Positions 18,366 to 28,160 are shown, counted from the stretch's first letter. The stretch: DNA of 64,000 nt from an uncultured Acidobacteriota bacterium (GCA_963841905.1 CAWJEM010000011.1:4064-68063); one strand, 5' to 3'. The notes: a model not told the origin generated them from the sequence alone. Translations and numbers: made by a program.

Positions 18366-19205
18366 CTACTTTGCGTCGCCATGCCTCTGTCGTTGGGGTT
18401 TTGACCAGACGAAGAGATAGTCGCGAAAGTCCGGTGCCGGTCGTTCAGGTCGGTCAAACAGATAGCGTACGAGGGCACAGCTGTGACCGGCGAGGGTCAC
18501 CAGCCAAGCCGGCAGCTTGTGATAGCTACGCCATTCCAGTGCGCGCTCCATCCAGCCTCGATACCGCCTCAGCACGGCTACGCGCTTGGTCACGAATTGC
18601 GCCTCCTCGAAATCGCGGGTGAAAACCGCCGGCTCGGAATTCACCCACATTTCGACATTGGCCACGATCCCACCGGGTTTGAGAACGCGGTACATCTCAC
18701 GCGCGATGTCCGCATAGACAGGAACAAAGGACTCGATCGCCGCGGCGTCGGGCAAGACTCCGGCTGCCACGCGGCACGGTGAGCCTGGTTTGAACAAGCT
18801 GTACTTGAGAACACCGCAGACCCAGATCAGGTCCACGGATTCATTGCCGAGTGGAAGGGAAACGCCATCGACTTGCGCGAGAGCCGACTTTGGAGGCAGA
18901 CCGAAACGCCGGGCTGCGACGAGCATTTCGGGAGTGACGTCGACGCCGATGACCTTCAGGCCTTTACTGCCAAAGAACCTCACGATACGCCCAGTTCCAC
19001 AGCCGAAGTCGAGCACGACTCCCGTGTGTTGGTTGAGACCACTGCGGGCGAGCGCAACTTTCGCCCCGAACGACGTCTGAGCGTGCATCAGCAGGTTGAT
19101 GCGCTCGGATCCCCGACGGTACAGGACGGCATCGAGCTCGCCCTTGTCGAGGACGTCCGACCATGGCATGCCGCTGTGATCGAACTCAGCGCGGGGTGTA
19201 GACAT
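18366..19205 (-). CDS. Class I SAM-dependent methyltransferase
   Basis: Motif I VLDFGCGTGR is present. It is the last gene of the wzm-wzt operon and overlaps the upstream gene by 20 nt. Confidence 0.75.
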   Translation of the reverse strand: MSTPRAEFDHSGMPWSDVLDKGELDAVLYRRGSERINLLMHAQTSFGAKVALARSGLNQHTGVVLDFGCGTGRIVRFFGSKGLKVIGVDVTPEMLVAARRFGLPPKSALAQVDGVSLPLGNESVDLIWVCGVLKYSLFKPGSPCRVAAGVLPDAAAIESFVPVYADIAREMYRVLKPGGIVANVEMWVNSEPAVFTRDFEEAQFVTKRVAVLRRYRGWMERALEWRSYHKLPAWLVTLAGHSCALVRYLFDRPERPAPDFRDYLFVWSKPQRQRHGDAK

Positions 19206-20202
19206 CGATCCTTCTCCGAATTCCTGCCTTCCACTCGCCCACGCGACGCCAGAACGGGTTCGTCCAGTCGAATTTCCAGTTCAACTCCCGATGGGCGCCC
19301 CACGACGCCTTGAATTCGGCGAGCCGAGTGTTGTTGCCCGAGCCCCCGAGGTTGACGTAGGTGGCGCCGGCCTCGCAGGCGAAACGCACCGCGTGATCAT
19401 AAAGAGCGCAGACGGGGTACACGTTCGCGAAGTCATGATCGAGTGCTGAGTGCATTAGATACACTCCCACGCCATCTCGCAGAAACATTGCCCCACCGAC
19501 GAGTTTGCCCTCGAGCTCGGCAACGAAAAACTGCGTGACCGAACGCAGCTTGACGAGCTCGTAAGAGAGCTCGAGGGGGTACACGTAGATCCACCCCTTC
19601 TGCGTCACGCGCTCCATGTAGAGCGCGTAGTAGCTCGCGACGTCGCGAGGGTCGTAGGTCTCACGGATTGTGACGCCGCGGCGTACGGATTTGCGGACAT
19701 GATTGCGGAGAGTCGCACTGTAGCCAGAGAACACGCGCTCGTAGCCGCCATCGAGCGGAACGATGCTCGTTTCGCTCCGCGCGAAGCCGACGCCCAGGGA
19801 CGCCAGCCGATCGGCGAGCGGGCCGTGGTCGAAGCGCACGAACCACGTGAAGTGACGGGTGCGCAGCGTGGTGAGCTGCCGGAGGAGGCCGCGAACCGTT
19901 TCCACATCGAGTTCGCCCTGCCAGGTAGGACTTGCGCAGAAGTCGATACGCGTCACGGGAATCGTGCGACCCCACCGGCCCTCGCCAGCCTGAACCATCG
20001 CCATCGTTCGGGGCCGTCCTGAGCCGCGCACCTCCAGGAGGAGTGGGCATTGGCCGTTGTCAGCCGATCGACACCAGGCATCGACGAATTCCGGAGTTGA
20101 AAAGACACTCTCACCGGCCAAGGGAGCGATGGGTAAACGGTCCGGGCCGGGCGGCCCGGCAGCGAGCGCCGTGGGGCCGGCGTGCACTGATTTTCCGATC
20201 AT
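19186..20202 (-). CDS. FemAB/BioF2-like GNAT-fold acyltransferase family protein
   Basis: 338 aa. The C-terminal region ..GATYVNLGGSGNNTRLAEFKASWGA.. resembles Acetyltransf_6/FemAB proteins. Confidence 0.55.
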   Translation of the reverse strand: MIGKSVHAGPTALAAGPPGPDRLPIAPLAGESVFSTPEFVDAWCRSADNGQCPLLLEVRGSGRPRTMAMVQAGEGRWGRTIPVTRIDFCASPTWQGELDVETVRGLLRQLTTLRTRHFTWFVRFDHGPLADRLASLGVGFARSETSIVPLDGGYERVFSGYSATLRNHVRKSVRRGVTIRETYDPRDVASYYALYMERVTQKGWIYVYPLELSYELVKLRSVTQFFVAELEGKLVGGAMFLRDGVGVYLMHSALDHDFANVYPVCALYDHAVRFACEAGATYVNLGGSGNNTRLAEFKASWGAHRELNWKFDWTNPFWRRVGEWKAGIRRRIDVYTPR

Positions 20203-20238
20203 CGCTACAGGTCTACGAAACGGCTACAAACATGGACA

Positions 20239-21540
20239 TCACCGGGAGTGACCGATTGCCTCCCACGCTGACGGAACCCAATACTTGCCCCACCTTGGAT
20301 CGAGCCGGAGATCGCCGAACGGCCCCGGCGTCGGGATGACTTCGATGGCGCTGCACAACCGCACGATGTCGGTAGGCCGGCCCACCGCGTCGGTGATCCA
20401 GGGCGTGAGAAAGTATCGTCCCGGGTAAAGGCCGAGGTTCTCGATCGTGCCTTTGATCCGGAAGCGTCCCTCGACCCTGCCCAATCGCAGGCCGTTGTGT
20501 ATCGACTCGGGATCCAGCAGCGGCTCTCCGCTCGAGCTGTGGATCACGACCCCGAAATTCGGGTCGACCAGCGGCTTGTGAAACTCGGTTTCGAGCTCGA
20601 AGCAGATGCTGTCGCCCAAGCGGAATGTAGTCGAGAGCGTGCCCTCTCGATCGGTCACGGTGAGATGGACGACCCGCGCCTCTCCGGACCCTGTGCGGTC
20701 GGTCCACTCGGTGAGGTCGTGGGTACTCTGCGGGCGCGAATCCGACAGATAATCAGCGACGATCGCCGTCGAGGGACCTTCCCTCTGGATGCGCCCGTCC
20801 TTCAAAAGCATGGCCCTGGTGCAGAGCTGCTGTATCGACGCCATGTTGTGGCTCACAAACAGGATCGTTCGCCCCTCACCGGCCACTCCTTGCATCTTGC
20901 CCAAGCACTTTTCCTGGAACTGAGCATCGCCCACAGCGAGCACCTCATCAACGATGAGGATCTCGGGCTCCAGATGGGCGGCGACGGCAAAGGCCAGGCG
21001 CACATACATGCCGCTGGAATAGCGCTTCACGGGCGTGTCGACGAAGGCCTCGATCTCCGAGAAGGCGATGATTTCATCCAGCTTGCGCCAGATTTCAGCT
21101 TTGGTCATTCCGAGAATGGCGCCGTTCAGAAAGATGTTCTCGCGACCGGTCAGATCGGCATGAAACCCGGTGCCGACTTCCAGCAGACTGGCGATTCGTC
21201 CTCGGACCTTGATGGTCCCGGTGGTTGGCCCCGTGATTTGCGAGAGGATCTTCAACAGGGTGCTTTTGCCGGCGCCGTTCCTCCCGACGATTCCGAGCAC
21301 ATCGCCCTGCTGAAGCTTGAAGCTCACGTCATTCAACGCCCAGATGGTCTCAGCGCTGCGCTGCGTTCGATGCTCCTGATCGACTTTTGAGAGTGGGTCT
21401 GGACGCCCCCGCAGCTTGGCCCACAGACGTTGTAGGTCGTATTCAAGAGTCGTCCCGCCGATCATGCCCAAGCGGTATCTCTTCGTGAGGTTCTCGACGG
21501 AAACGACGGTCATCGCCTCAAACCGTATCCATAAAGTCAC
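20239..21540 (-). CDS. wzt: Polysaccharide/O-antigen ABC exporter ATP-binding protein with a C-terminal Wzt-type extra domain
   Basis: Walker A GRNGAGKST, signature YSSGM and Walker B ILIVDEVLAVGD are present. A further ~170-aa beta-rich C-terminal domain follows. Confidence 0.8.
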   Translation of the reverse strand: MTLWIRFEAMTVVSVENLTKRYRLGMIGGTTLEYDLQRLWAKLRGRPDPLSKVDQEHRTQRSAETIWALNDVSFKLQQGDVLGIVGRNGAGKSTLLKILSQITGPTTGTIKVRGRIASLLEVGTGFHADLTGRENIFLNGAILGMTKAEIWRKLDEIIAFSEIEAFVDTPVKRYSSGMYVRLAFAVAAHLEPEILIVDEVLAVGDAQFQEKCLGKMQGVAGEGRTILFVSHNMASIQQLCTRAMLLKDGRIQREGPSTAIVADYLSDSRPQSTHDLTEWTDRTGSGEARVVHLTVTDREGTLSTTFRLGDSICFELETEFHKPLVDPNFGVVIHSSSGEPLLDPESIHNGLRLGRVEGRFRIKGTIENLGLYPGRYFLTPWITDAVGRPTDIVRLCSAIEVIPTPGPFGDLRLDPRWGKYWVPSAWEAIGHSR

Positions 21541-22519
21541 GCTCGATGTGCGTGAACAACATCATCCCAATTACGAGCCACGCGACCATGGCGATCGCGC
21601 TGACGGCGAGAAGTACCGGATCGACGATTCCCGTCCCAAACACACCGAGTCTGAAGCCTTCAATCAGCGGTGTTAAAGGATTGAGCGTCGCCGCCCACCG
21701 GTACTGCGGAGGCACGAGGGAGAGTGGATAAAGCACGGGCGTCGCAAACATCAGCAACTGGACACCGAACGTGACCAGTCTTGCCAGATCGCGATACCGC
21801 GTGGTGAGCGCAGAAACGATGATGCCACTGGCCACTGCATAGCCAGCCAGTATCAGTAGCAGTACCGGTGCAAGACCCAACCAGGCAGTGAATTCGACGT
21901 CGGTGCCCGTGATCCGATAGTAGGCCAGGACGACAGCAAAGATCCCCAGTTGGATGACGAGCGAGATGAGGTTCGAAATTGCGATCGAGAGTGGGATCGT
22001 GAGGCGGTGAAAATAGACCTTCCCGAGCAGGCTGGCATTTCCGACGAACGTATTCGACGTCGCCGTCAGCGTGTTGGCAAAATAGTTCCAGAACACGATG
22101 CCCGACAGATAGAACAGGAACGGTGGAACACCGTTGGTCGGGAGCCGCGCCACCATCCCGAAGATCAAGGTGTAAGTCAGTGTCGTCAGCAACGGTTGCA
22201 CGACGTGCCACGCCGGGCCGAGGATGGTCTGTTTGTAGGCGGACGTAAAGTCCCGCCACACAAACAGCATGGTCAGATCGCGATATCGCCACAGCTGTCG
22301 CAGTCGCCAATCGAGCCAACCCCGGTGGGCCGTAATGATCGTTGTCCAGCCGTCATCATCCTCGCGAGATTCGCCGTTGACCACCGACGGCCTCGGCCGG
22401 ACGTTTTCAGTTGCGGAAGTCAATTGGTCCTGGAGTTTGCTCTTCAGCACAACGGAGGAGTCGATCTTAGGCTGGGGGGGCGTGGATCTGCCAGCACCCT
22501 GCAAGCACTCACCTCCCAA
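21518..22519 (-). CDS. wzm: ABC-2 type polysaccharide exporter permease
   Basis: Contains ..LWRYRDLTMLFVWRDFTSAYKQTILGPAWHVVQPLL.. followed by multiple TM segments. It overlaps wzt by 23 nt. The N-terminal ~60 aa and the start are uncertain. Confidence 0.75.
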   Translation of the reverse strand: MGGECLQGAGRSTPPQPKIDSSVVLKSKLQDQLTSATENVRPRPSVVNGESREDDDGWTTIITAHRGWLDWRLRQLWRYRDLTMLFVWRDFTSAYKQTILGPAWHVVQPLLTTLTYTLIFGMVARLPTNGVPPFLFYLSGIVFWNYFANTLTATSNTFVGNASLLGKVYFHRLTIPLSIAISNLISLVIQLGIFAVVLAYYRITGTDVEFTAWLGLAPVLLLILAGYAVASGIIVSALTTRYRDLARLVTFGVQLLMFATPVLYPLSLVPPQYRWAATLNPLTPLIEGFRLGVFGTGIVDPVLLAVSAIAMVAWLVIGMMLFTHIERDFMDTV

Positions 22520-22753
22520 ATAGCCATTATCTGTGCATTACGGGCCGAGCGAAAGGGTGTACGACGGCTGCTGGGTTCACGTGGTTGCATCGTTCATCGT
22601 TGCAAAGCGCCCCTTCGTTCCGGGCTCGGGCCGCGTCGAGTGCAGAACATCGTTGGCCATCGCGGTCGCTCAGTGACGGAAAGCTCGACGGCTCGATCGC
22701 CCAAATGCTCCGTCCTTGCCAGCTTAGCGAACGCCACCGCCGCTGACTGAACC

Positions 22754-23926
22754 TCACGTCGCCTGTCGATGCAGCACGACGACGGTTTCGAGGTGGGTCG
22801 TGTGCGGAAACATGTCGACTGGCTGCACGCGTGAGATGCGATAGCCGTGTTTCAGAATCGCGGGCAGCTCGGCCACCAGCGCTTCCGGATTGCAGGAGAC
22901 ATACAGCGCACGCGGCGGGCGGATCTCGCCGAACAGCGTGCGGACGACGACCGGCGGGCATCCGGAACGGGGCGGGTCGAGAATCGCCGCGTCAAACAGT
23001 TCGTCTCGAAGTCGTGGCAGCGCGGCTTCGACCGTCGTGGCGTGGAGCCGCACGTTTGCCGTCGACAGCCGATTCAGCCTGAGGTTTGCTTCGGCGTCGC
23101 GCACGGCAACTGTATTCTCTTCAACCGACGTGACCGCGTGCCCGCGTCTCGCGAGCAGTACGGTGAACAGCCCGCTCCCAGCATAGAGGTCCAGGATCCG
23201 CGACGTCGCGAGAGGTATCTCCTCCAGCACGAGACCGGCGAGGCGCTCCGCAGCCTCGGCATTGGTCTGGAAGAATGTCGTCGGCGACACGAGGAACGAG
23301 ACGCCGGCAATCGATTCGCGCACGTGACTGCGTCCACCAAGCCTGATCGTCTCGCGGCCGACCATGTAAGGACCCGGCCGATCGTGGATGTTCAGATAGA
23401 AGCCGTCCGCAGCGTCTTCGGCTCCAAGAAAGGCACGAATCGGCGTTCGCAGCGACTTGTCGTTGCGAGTGACGACGAGCATGGCGACCGCCTCACGATT
23501 GTCGCGGGTGGTTCGGACGATGAGGTGACGAAGAACGCCGCGCAGCGCCGGCCCGGCCGCCGGCACGTGGGCTCGGGCGAGGTGGTCGTGCAGCGCAAAC
23601 GCCAGCCGGTTGGCCCGGTCGGCATGCACTGGACACTCGACGATTGGGACGACGCGGCGCGAGTGTGCGGCGTAGTGACCAATGGTCGAACCGCGACGAT
23701 CTGGAGCCTCGCCAAAGACGAACGCCGCCTTGTGTCGAAAGCCCCACGGCGCGCCGCTGGCGTCGACCCGCATGCCAATAGCGGCCTCGGCTGCCGGCGA
23801 ACGCGAGCCGAGCGCGGATTGAAGGAGGCCAGCAAGCCGCGCGTGCTTGCGCGCAAGCTGCTCCTGATACGAAAGGTTCTGCCAATCACACCCGCCGCAA
23901 ATCCCAAAGTGCTGGCACCTTTTCAC
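22754..23926 (-). CDS. RNA (uracil-5)-methyltransferase, RlmD/TrmA family
   Basis: It has an N-terminal Cys cluster CQHFGICGGCDWQ, the SAM motif LDLYAGSGLF and the catalytic region YVSCNP. Confidence 0.8.
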   Translation of the reverse strand: MKRCQHFGICGGCDWQNLSYQEQLARKHARLAGLLQSALGSRSPAAEAAIGMRVDASGAPWGFRHKAAFVFGEAPDRRGSTIGHYAAHSRRVVPIVECPVHADRANRLAFALHDHLARAHVPAAGPALRGVLRHLIVRTTRDNREAVAMLVVTRNDKSLRTPIRAFLGAEDAADGFYLNIHDRPGPYMVGRETIRLGGRSHVRESIAGVSFLVSPTTFFQTNAEAAERLAGLVLEEIPLATSRILDLYAGSGLFTVLLARRGHAVTSVEENTVAVRDAEANLRLNRLSTANVRLHATTVEAALPRLRDELFDAAILDPPRSGCPPVVVRTLFGEIRPPRALYVSCNPEALVAELPAILKHGYRISRVQPVDMFPHTTHLETVVVLHRQAT

Positions 23927-23977
23927 AGTGTGGGGTCGCGGCTATTCAACGTTGCTGCCGACCGCAAGTCGTGCCGC

Positions 23978-24424
23978 TTATCGAACGTCCAACAACTCGA
24001 CCTCGAACAGCAGCGTGGCGTTCGGCGGAATAACGCCGCCCGCGCCCTGCGATCCGTAACCCATGCCCGGAGGAATCGTCAGCATGCGGGTGCCGCCGAC
24101 TTTCATCCCGGCGACGCCCTCGTCCCAACCCTGAATGACCTCACCGGCGCCCAGTCGAAACTCGAACGGGTCGCTTCGATCCTTCGAGCTGTCGAACTTT
24201 TGCCCTTTGTGATCCGCAGCGCCCGTGTTGTACAGCCACCCGGTGTAGTGGACACGGACCGTCTGTCCGGCACTTGCTTCGGCACCGGTTCCTGACGTGA
24301 CGTCATTCTTCTGCAGCGCGGTGATTCCTGAATCGGCCATTGGCTCCTCGCCAGCTCCCCTGCAAGCCGGTAGAACACCCAGCGAAGCAGTCAGCACGAT
24401 GATCGCAAGTCTCTGAATCTTCAC
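23978..24424 (-). CDS. FKBP-type peptidyl-prolyl cis-trans isomerase, probable lipoprotein
   Basis: The signal ends ..LGVLPAC. FKBP motifs VHYTGWL, FDSS, GWDEG and LLFEVELLDV are present. Confidence 0.85.
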   Translation of the reverse strand: MKIQRLAIIVLTASLGVLPACRGAGEEPMADSGITALQKNDVTSGTGAEASAGQTVRVHYTGWLYNTGAADHKGQKFDSSKDRSDPFEFRLGAGEVIQGWDEGVAGMKVGGTRMLTIPPGMGYGSQGAGGVIPPNATLLFEVELLDVR

Positions 24425-24506
24425 GGCCTAAAAGCTAGCATGAACCGGTCGGATGAATGAGCGCACGCTACGGACCGTCGTGCAGCACGCAGCCGAATCC
24501 ATCGAC

Positions 24507-24619
24507 TACGAATTTTCGTAACCATGAACGGAACGGATAGCGTGCCTGATTACGAAATTTCGTTGCCTTGGCCAGTAAACCTGGGGCTTCTTCCTGGCGA
24601 ATATTCACGAAATTTCGTA
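24507..24619. promoter_or_regulatory. Three copies of the 14-bp palindrome TACGAAATTTCGTA (candidate operator array)
   Basis: The copies are TACGAAtTTTCGTA (24507-24520), TACGAAATTTCGTt (24551-24564) and cACGAAATTTCGTA (24606-24619). Each is one mismatch from the perfect palindrome. Their starts are spaced by 44 and 55 bp. Confidence 0.7.
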
Positions 24620-24628
24620 GCATGCGGC

Positions 24629-25366
24629 GTGCGTCATACACAGTCCGCTATCCTTCGCGCCGCCGCCGCCCAGACGGAGTCTCAGGTAGCCCAGGCAATC
24701 GTCTCAGGCCTGCTGACGCCGACCGTGGTCCTGGCGCGTCTGTGGCTGACGGACCCTCTCGGCGACCTTTATCTTGTTGGGAGTGCCGGCACACCGGCCG
24801 GCGGTGGCGCTTACAAGGACCTCGACGGACCGTTTGCTCGCATTACTCGGGGTGCCGGAAAGATTGGCCGCGTCGCATCCAGTCGCGAGGCCGTCATCGT
24901 CACGTCTGTCCGCGGCGACGAGGACTGGATCAGCAATCCGGGTTGGATCGCACGTCAGGGTGTTCGGGCCTTCTTCGGCTTTCCGCTGGTCGATGCCGGC
25001 AAGGTCCTGGGCGTGCTGGCCATCTTCGAGCGCTCCTCGCCCACTCCCGATCACATCGAGGAGTTGCGGTTTCTCGCCGACTATTCGGCGGCGCGGCTGG
25101 GGGACGTGCGTGAACGCGGTCCGGTCCCAGCGACTGTCGCCCAGATCAACGACACGGTTACTCGCACGACCGAAACGACTGCGACCTCTCGAGCGCTGAT
25201 CGTGACACGTGAGCAGCTCCGCGCCCTCGAGCGCGAGACAATCGCCAACGCGCTTGGTCAAACGGGCGGGCGCGTCTTCGGTCCACACGGCGCCGCGCGC
25301 CTGCTGGGAATGAAACCGACGACGCTTGCGTCGAGGATCAAGGTGCTCCAGCTGCGGGTGCGATAA
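24629..25366 (+). CDS. GAF-domain protein with a C-terminal Fis-type HTH
   Basis: Contains ..WIARQGVRAFFGFPLVDAGKVLGVLAIFE.. (GAF) and ..GPHGAARLLGMKPTTLASRIKVLQL (HTH). The ORF-track start at 24524 would translate the operator palindromes, so the GTG at 24629 is proposed. The start is uncertain. Confidence 0.6.
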   Translation: MRHTQSAILRAAAAQTESQVAQAIVSGLLTPTVVLARLWLTDPLGDLYLVGSAGTPAGGGAYKDLDGPFARITRGAGKIGRVASSREAVIVTSVRGDEDWISNPGWIARQGVRAFFGFPLVDAGKVLGVLAIFERSSPTPDHIEELRFLADYSAARLGDVRERGPVPATVAQINDTVTRTTETTATSRALIVTREQLRALERETIANALGQTGGRVFGPHGAARLLGMKPTTLASRIKVLQLRVR

Positions 25367-25395
25367 TGGAGGTTGGCGTCACCGACGCCGGGGCC

Positions 25396-25485
25396 GGAGG
25401 GATGGCCGAGTGGTTGATGGCGGCGGTCTTGAAAACCGTTGTACCCGAAAGGGTATCGGGGGTTCGAATCCCTCTCCCTCCGCCA
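25396..25485 (+). tRNA. tRNA-Ser (anticodon UGA)
   Basis: The acceptor stem is GGAGGGA/TCCCTCC followed by G-CCA. The anticodon loop is CTTGAAA, the long variable arm is TACCC-GAAA-GGGTA, and the T-loop is GGTTCGAAT. Length is 90 nt. Confidence 0.9.
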
Positions 25486-25498
25486 ACCTTTCGCTGGC

Positions 25499-25535
25499 GC
25501 TTGCCAAACGAGAGCACGAGCTACGGTTGGCAAGC
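25499..25535 (+). terminator. Hairpin downstream of tRNA-Ser (9-bp stem GCTTGCCAA/TTGGCAAGC, 19-nt loop)
   Basis: Read directly. No U-tract follows. Confidence 0.3.
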
Positions 25536-25928
25536 CACTCGAAGGTTGTCCACCGAGATCATGTCTCCCGCTGTTCAGATCTACACGCGAGTGCAATTTT
25601 GACCCACCAGCTCGCGTGCCCGTGATCGTTTGCGTGCAAAAACGCGCGTTTAGCCACGCGGGAGCGTTTCGTCGATGACGGCACGCGCGTTGCTGTCAGC
25701 CAGCCGGTTCGGCGTGCGTGTCGGTTGTTGATCACGCTGTAGTCCGCCTGCCTTCCAACAACCAATTCTGAGCGTGAAGTGATCGATCGATCCGCACTTG
25801 ACAGTGCTTGTACGTCCAACGACTGGCCGGACCTCCCCGCGTCACGTTGCGTTCCGCATTGCCTCGGCATCTTCGCTCCATGACTCAGCGCACTGCGTCG
25901 CCGTATCCCCCAAGGACGCGGGGAGTCC

Positions 25929-26800
25929 TTGATGATTCGTCGGTTTCTGTTCTGGTCCCTCTGCCTCGCGTGTGTCGTCAGCATCCCGTCGGCGGCCGCG
26001 GGGCAATCCGGCGTCCCAGTCACCATCGCGTGGGACCCAAACAATGACAACTCCGAAGGGTACGCGGTCTTTATCGGCACCCAACCGGGCGTGTACACCG
26101 AAGCGGTTGACGTCGGCCCAAGCACCTCCTTCACCTATTTCAATGGCGCGGTGGGGCGGCGCTATTACTTCACCGTTGCCGCATACAAACCCAAGCCGCA
26201 TCTCGGAGCAAAGGCGCCCCCGGTTTCGGCGGTGATCGAAGCGGCCTCTGGAGTCACTCTCGACCCGCCAATCGTCAGCGGTTCGACCGTCACGCTGCGA
26301 TGGCACGCCAGGAGCAGCTCGGAGATCGTCGACTATGTCATTGAAGCGGGCCGCGCCAGCGGACTGAGCAACGTCTTCCGCGGATCAGTGGGCGTGGTCA
26401 ACGAGCTCACAGCAACGGTTGGACCTGGCACGTTCTTCGTTCGCGTCATCCCCCGTACGACCACACACGTTGGCGTCCCGTCGAACGAGGTCAGCTTTTC
26501 CACGGATGGCGATCGTGGTGGGGCCGGGTGCAGTGCGCCGCCCCCAGCACCCACTGGTGTCTCGGGTTCCGTGCGTAACGGCCTGGTGTCGATCGCGTGG
26601 ACGCCGACGCCTGGCGCAATCGTGTACGGCGTGCAGGCAGGTACTAGCCCCGGCGGGAACAATGTCTTCGAAGGCGTCGTCGGCCACACGCCGTCGCTGA
26701 ACGCGCCGGTGGCGCCTGGCTTTGGCGCCTACGTACGCGCGTGTACGCCATCAATTGGTGCGGGGCCAGTCCACCGTCCCAGGAAGTCGTCGTTCGCTGA
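25929..26800 (+). CDS. Secreted protein with three fibronectin type III-like repeats; apparent 1-nt deletion at ~26741
   Basis: It has a signal peptide. The repeats end ..YYFTVAAY.. and ..FFVRVIPRTTTHVGVPSNEVSF. The third repeat reads ..GAYVRA in frame 0 and VYAINWCGASPPSQEVVVR* in the +2 frame, with its stop at 26798-26800. The ORF-track tail to 26933 overlaps serS. Confidence 0.7.
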
Positions 26801-26848
26801 CGATCGGGCCCGGACGCGCGCCATTTTCGTGCCGGTTTGTCGCGGAGT

Positions 26849-28138
26849 TCACTCGACTCGCTCGATTTTCTGGCGGCCGCCCATGAACGGCCGCAGCGCT
26901 TCGGGAATCACGATCGACCCGTCAGCCTGCTGATAGTTCTCGACGATCGCGATCCACGTACGGCCAACCGCCAGCCCCGATCCGTTGAGTGTGTGAACGA
27001 ATTCGGCCTTGCCCGATCCCTCCGGGCGATACCGAATCGCCGCGCGCCGGGCTTGAAACGCCTCGCAGTTCGAGCAGGACGAGATCTCGCGGTACAGCTT
27101 CTGGCTCGGGAGCCAGACTTCGATGTCATAGGTCTTGGCCGCCTGGAACCCCATGTCGCCCGTGCAGAGAAGAACCGTGCGATACGGTAAGCCGAGCACC
27201 TGCAACACCCGTTCAGCGTCGGCCGTCAACCGCTCGAGTTCGTCATAGGACGTCTCGGGCGCGCTGAACTTCACGAGCTCGACTTTGTCGAACTGGTGCT
27301 GACGGATCAGCCCGCGCACGTCGGCGCCGTAGGACCCGGCCTCGCTCCTGAAACAGGGCGTGTAGGCCGTGTACTTGAGCGGCAACTTGCGGCCGTCGAG
27401 AATCTCGCCGCGATACAGGTTCGTCACTGGCACTTCGGCAGTGGGGATCAAATAGAGATCCCAGTCGCCTGCGATCTTGAAAAGATCCTGCTCGAACTTC
27501 GGCAACTGCCCCGTCCCGTACAGCGTCGCGCTCGATACCAGGAATGGTGGCTCGATTTCGGTGTAGCCATGCGACTCTGAATGCAGGCTCAGCATGAAGT
27601 TGATCAACGCGCGTTCGAGCTGAGCGCCCGCACCGGTCAGAATGGCAAACCTCGCGCCCGAGATCTTCGTCGCCCGCTCGAAGTCGAGTATCCCGAGCGC
27701 CGGGCCGAGGTCGTAATGAGCCTTCGGTTCGAAGTCAAAGGCCGGCGGCTCGCCCCAGGTTCTTACGACGACGTTGTCGGCTGCGCGCGCGCCAACCGGC
27801 ACCGATTCGTGGGGGATGTTCGGGAGGGTGGCAAGGAGGCTCGCGCGTTGCTGTTCGACCGATGACAGCTCAGTCTCCAGTTGCTTGATCTTCTGCGCGC
27901 GCTGCTTGTTGGCATCGACGATCGGCGTTGCATCCAGGCCTTGCCGTTTGGCGCGCGCCACTTCGTCGGCAGCCGCGTTCTGTTCCCGCTTCAGGTTTTC
28001 GAGGATGGGGATCTTTTGGCGGCGCTGCGCCTCGAGCGTCGCCAACTGCTCGAGCTCCGCGCTCAGGTCGACCCCACGTGCGCTGAGACGCTGGCGCACA
28101 GTATCAACTTCGTCACGAATGAATGCAGGGTCCAACAT
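26849..28138 (-). CDS. serS: Seryl-tRNA synthetase
   Basis: Starts [18 protein letters not shown] at 28138. It has an N-terminal coiled coil and class II motifs (..FRSEAGS.., ..GSGLAVGRT..). Length is 429 aa. Confidence 0.9.
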   Translation of the reverse strand: MLDPAFIRDEVDTVRQRLSARGVDLSAELEQLATLEAQRRQKIPILENLKREQNAAADEVARAKRQGLDATPIVDANKQRAQKIKQLETELSSVEQQRASLLATLPNIPHESVPVGARAADNVVVRTWGEPPAFDFEPKAHYDLGPALGILDFERATKISGARFAILTGAGAQLERALINFMLSLHSESHGYTEIEPPFLVSSATLYGTGQLPKFEQDLFKIAGDWDLYLIPTAEVPVTNLYRGEILDGRKLPLKYTAYTPCFRSEAGSYGADVRGLIRQHQFDKVELVKFSAPETSYDELERLTADAERVLQVLGLPYRTVLLCTGDMGFQAAKTYDIEVWLPSQKLYREISSCSNCEAFQARRAAIRYRPEGSGKAEFVHTLNGSGLAVGRTWIAIVENYQQADGSIVIPEALRPFMGGRQKIERVE

Positions 28139-28160
28139 GTCGAGAGTTATCCTATAGCGA

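Noticed and set aside
25396-25485. Whether this long-variable-arm tRNA could be tRNA-Sec.
   Set aside because: The anticodon loop CTTGAAA gives anticodon UGA (which reads UCA, Ser), not UCA. The acceptor and T-stem lengths are those of an ordinary tRNA-Ser.
25486-25928. The 440-bp non-coding stretch downstream of tRNA-Ser as a possible integration scar or mobile-element end.
   Set aside because: There is no integrase, no direct repeat of the tRNA 3' end, and no composition shift. Only a hairpin (25499-25535) was seen.
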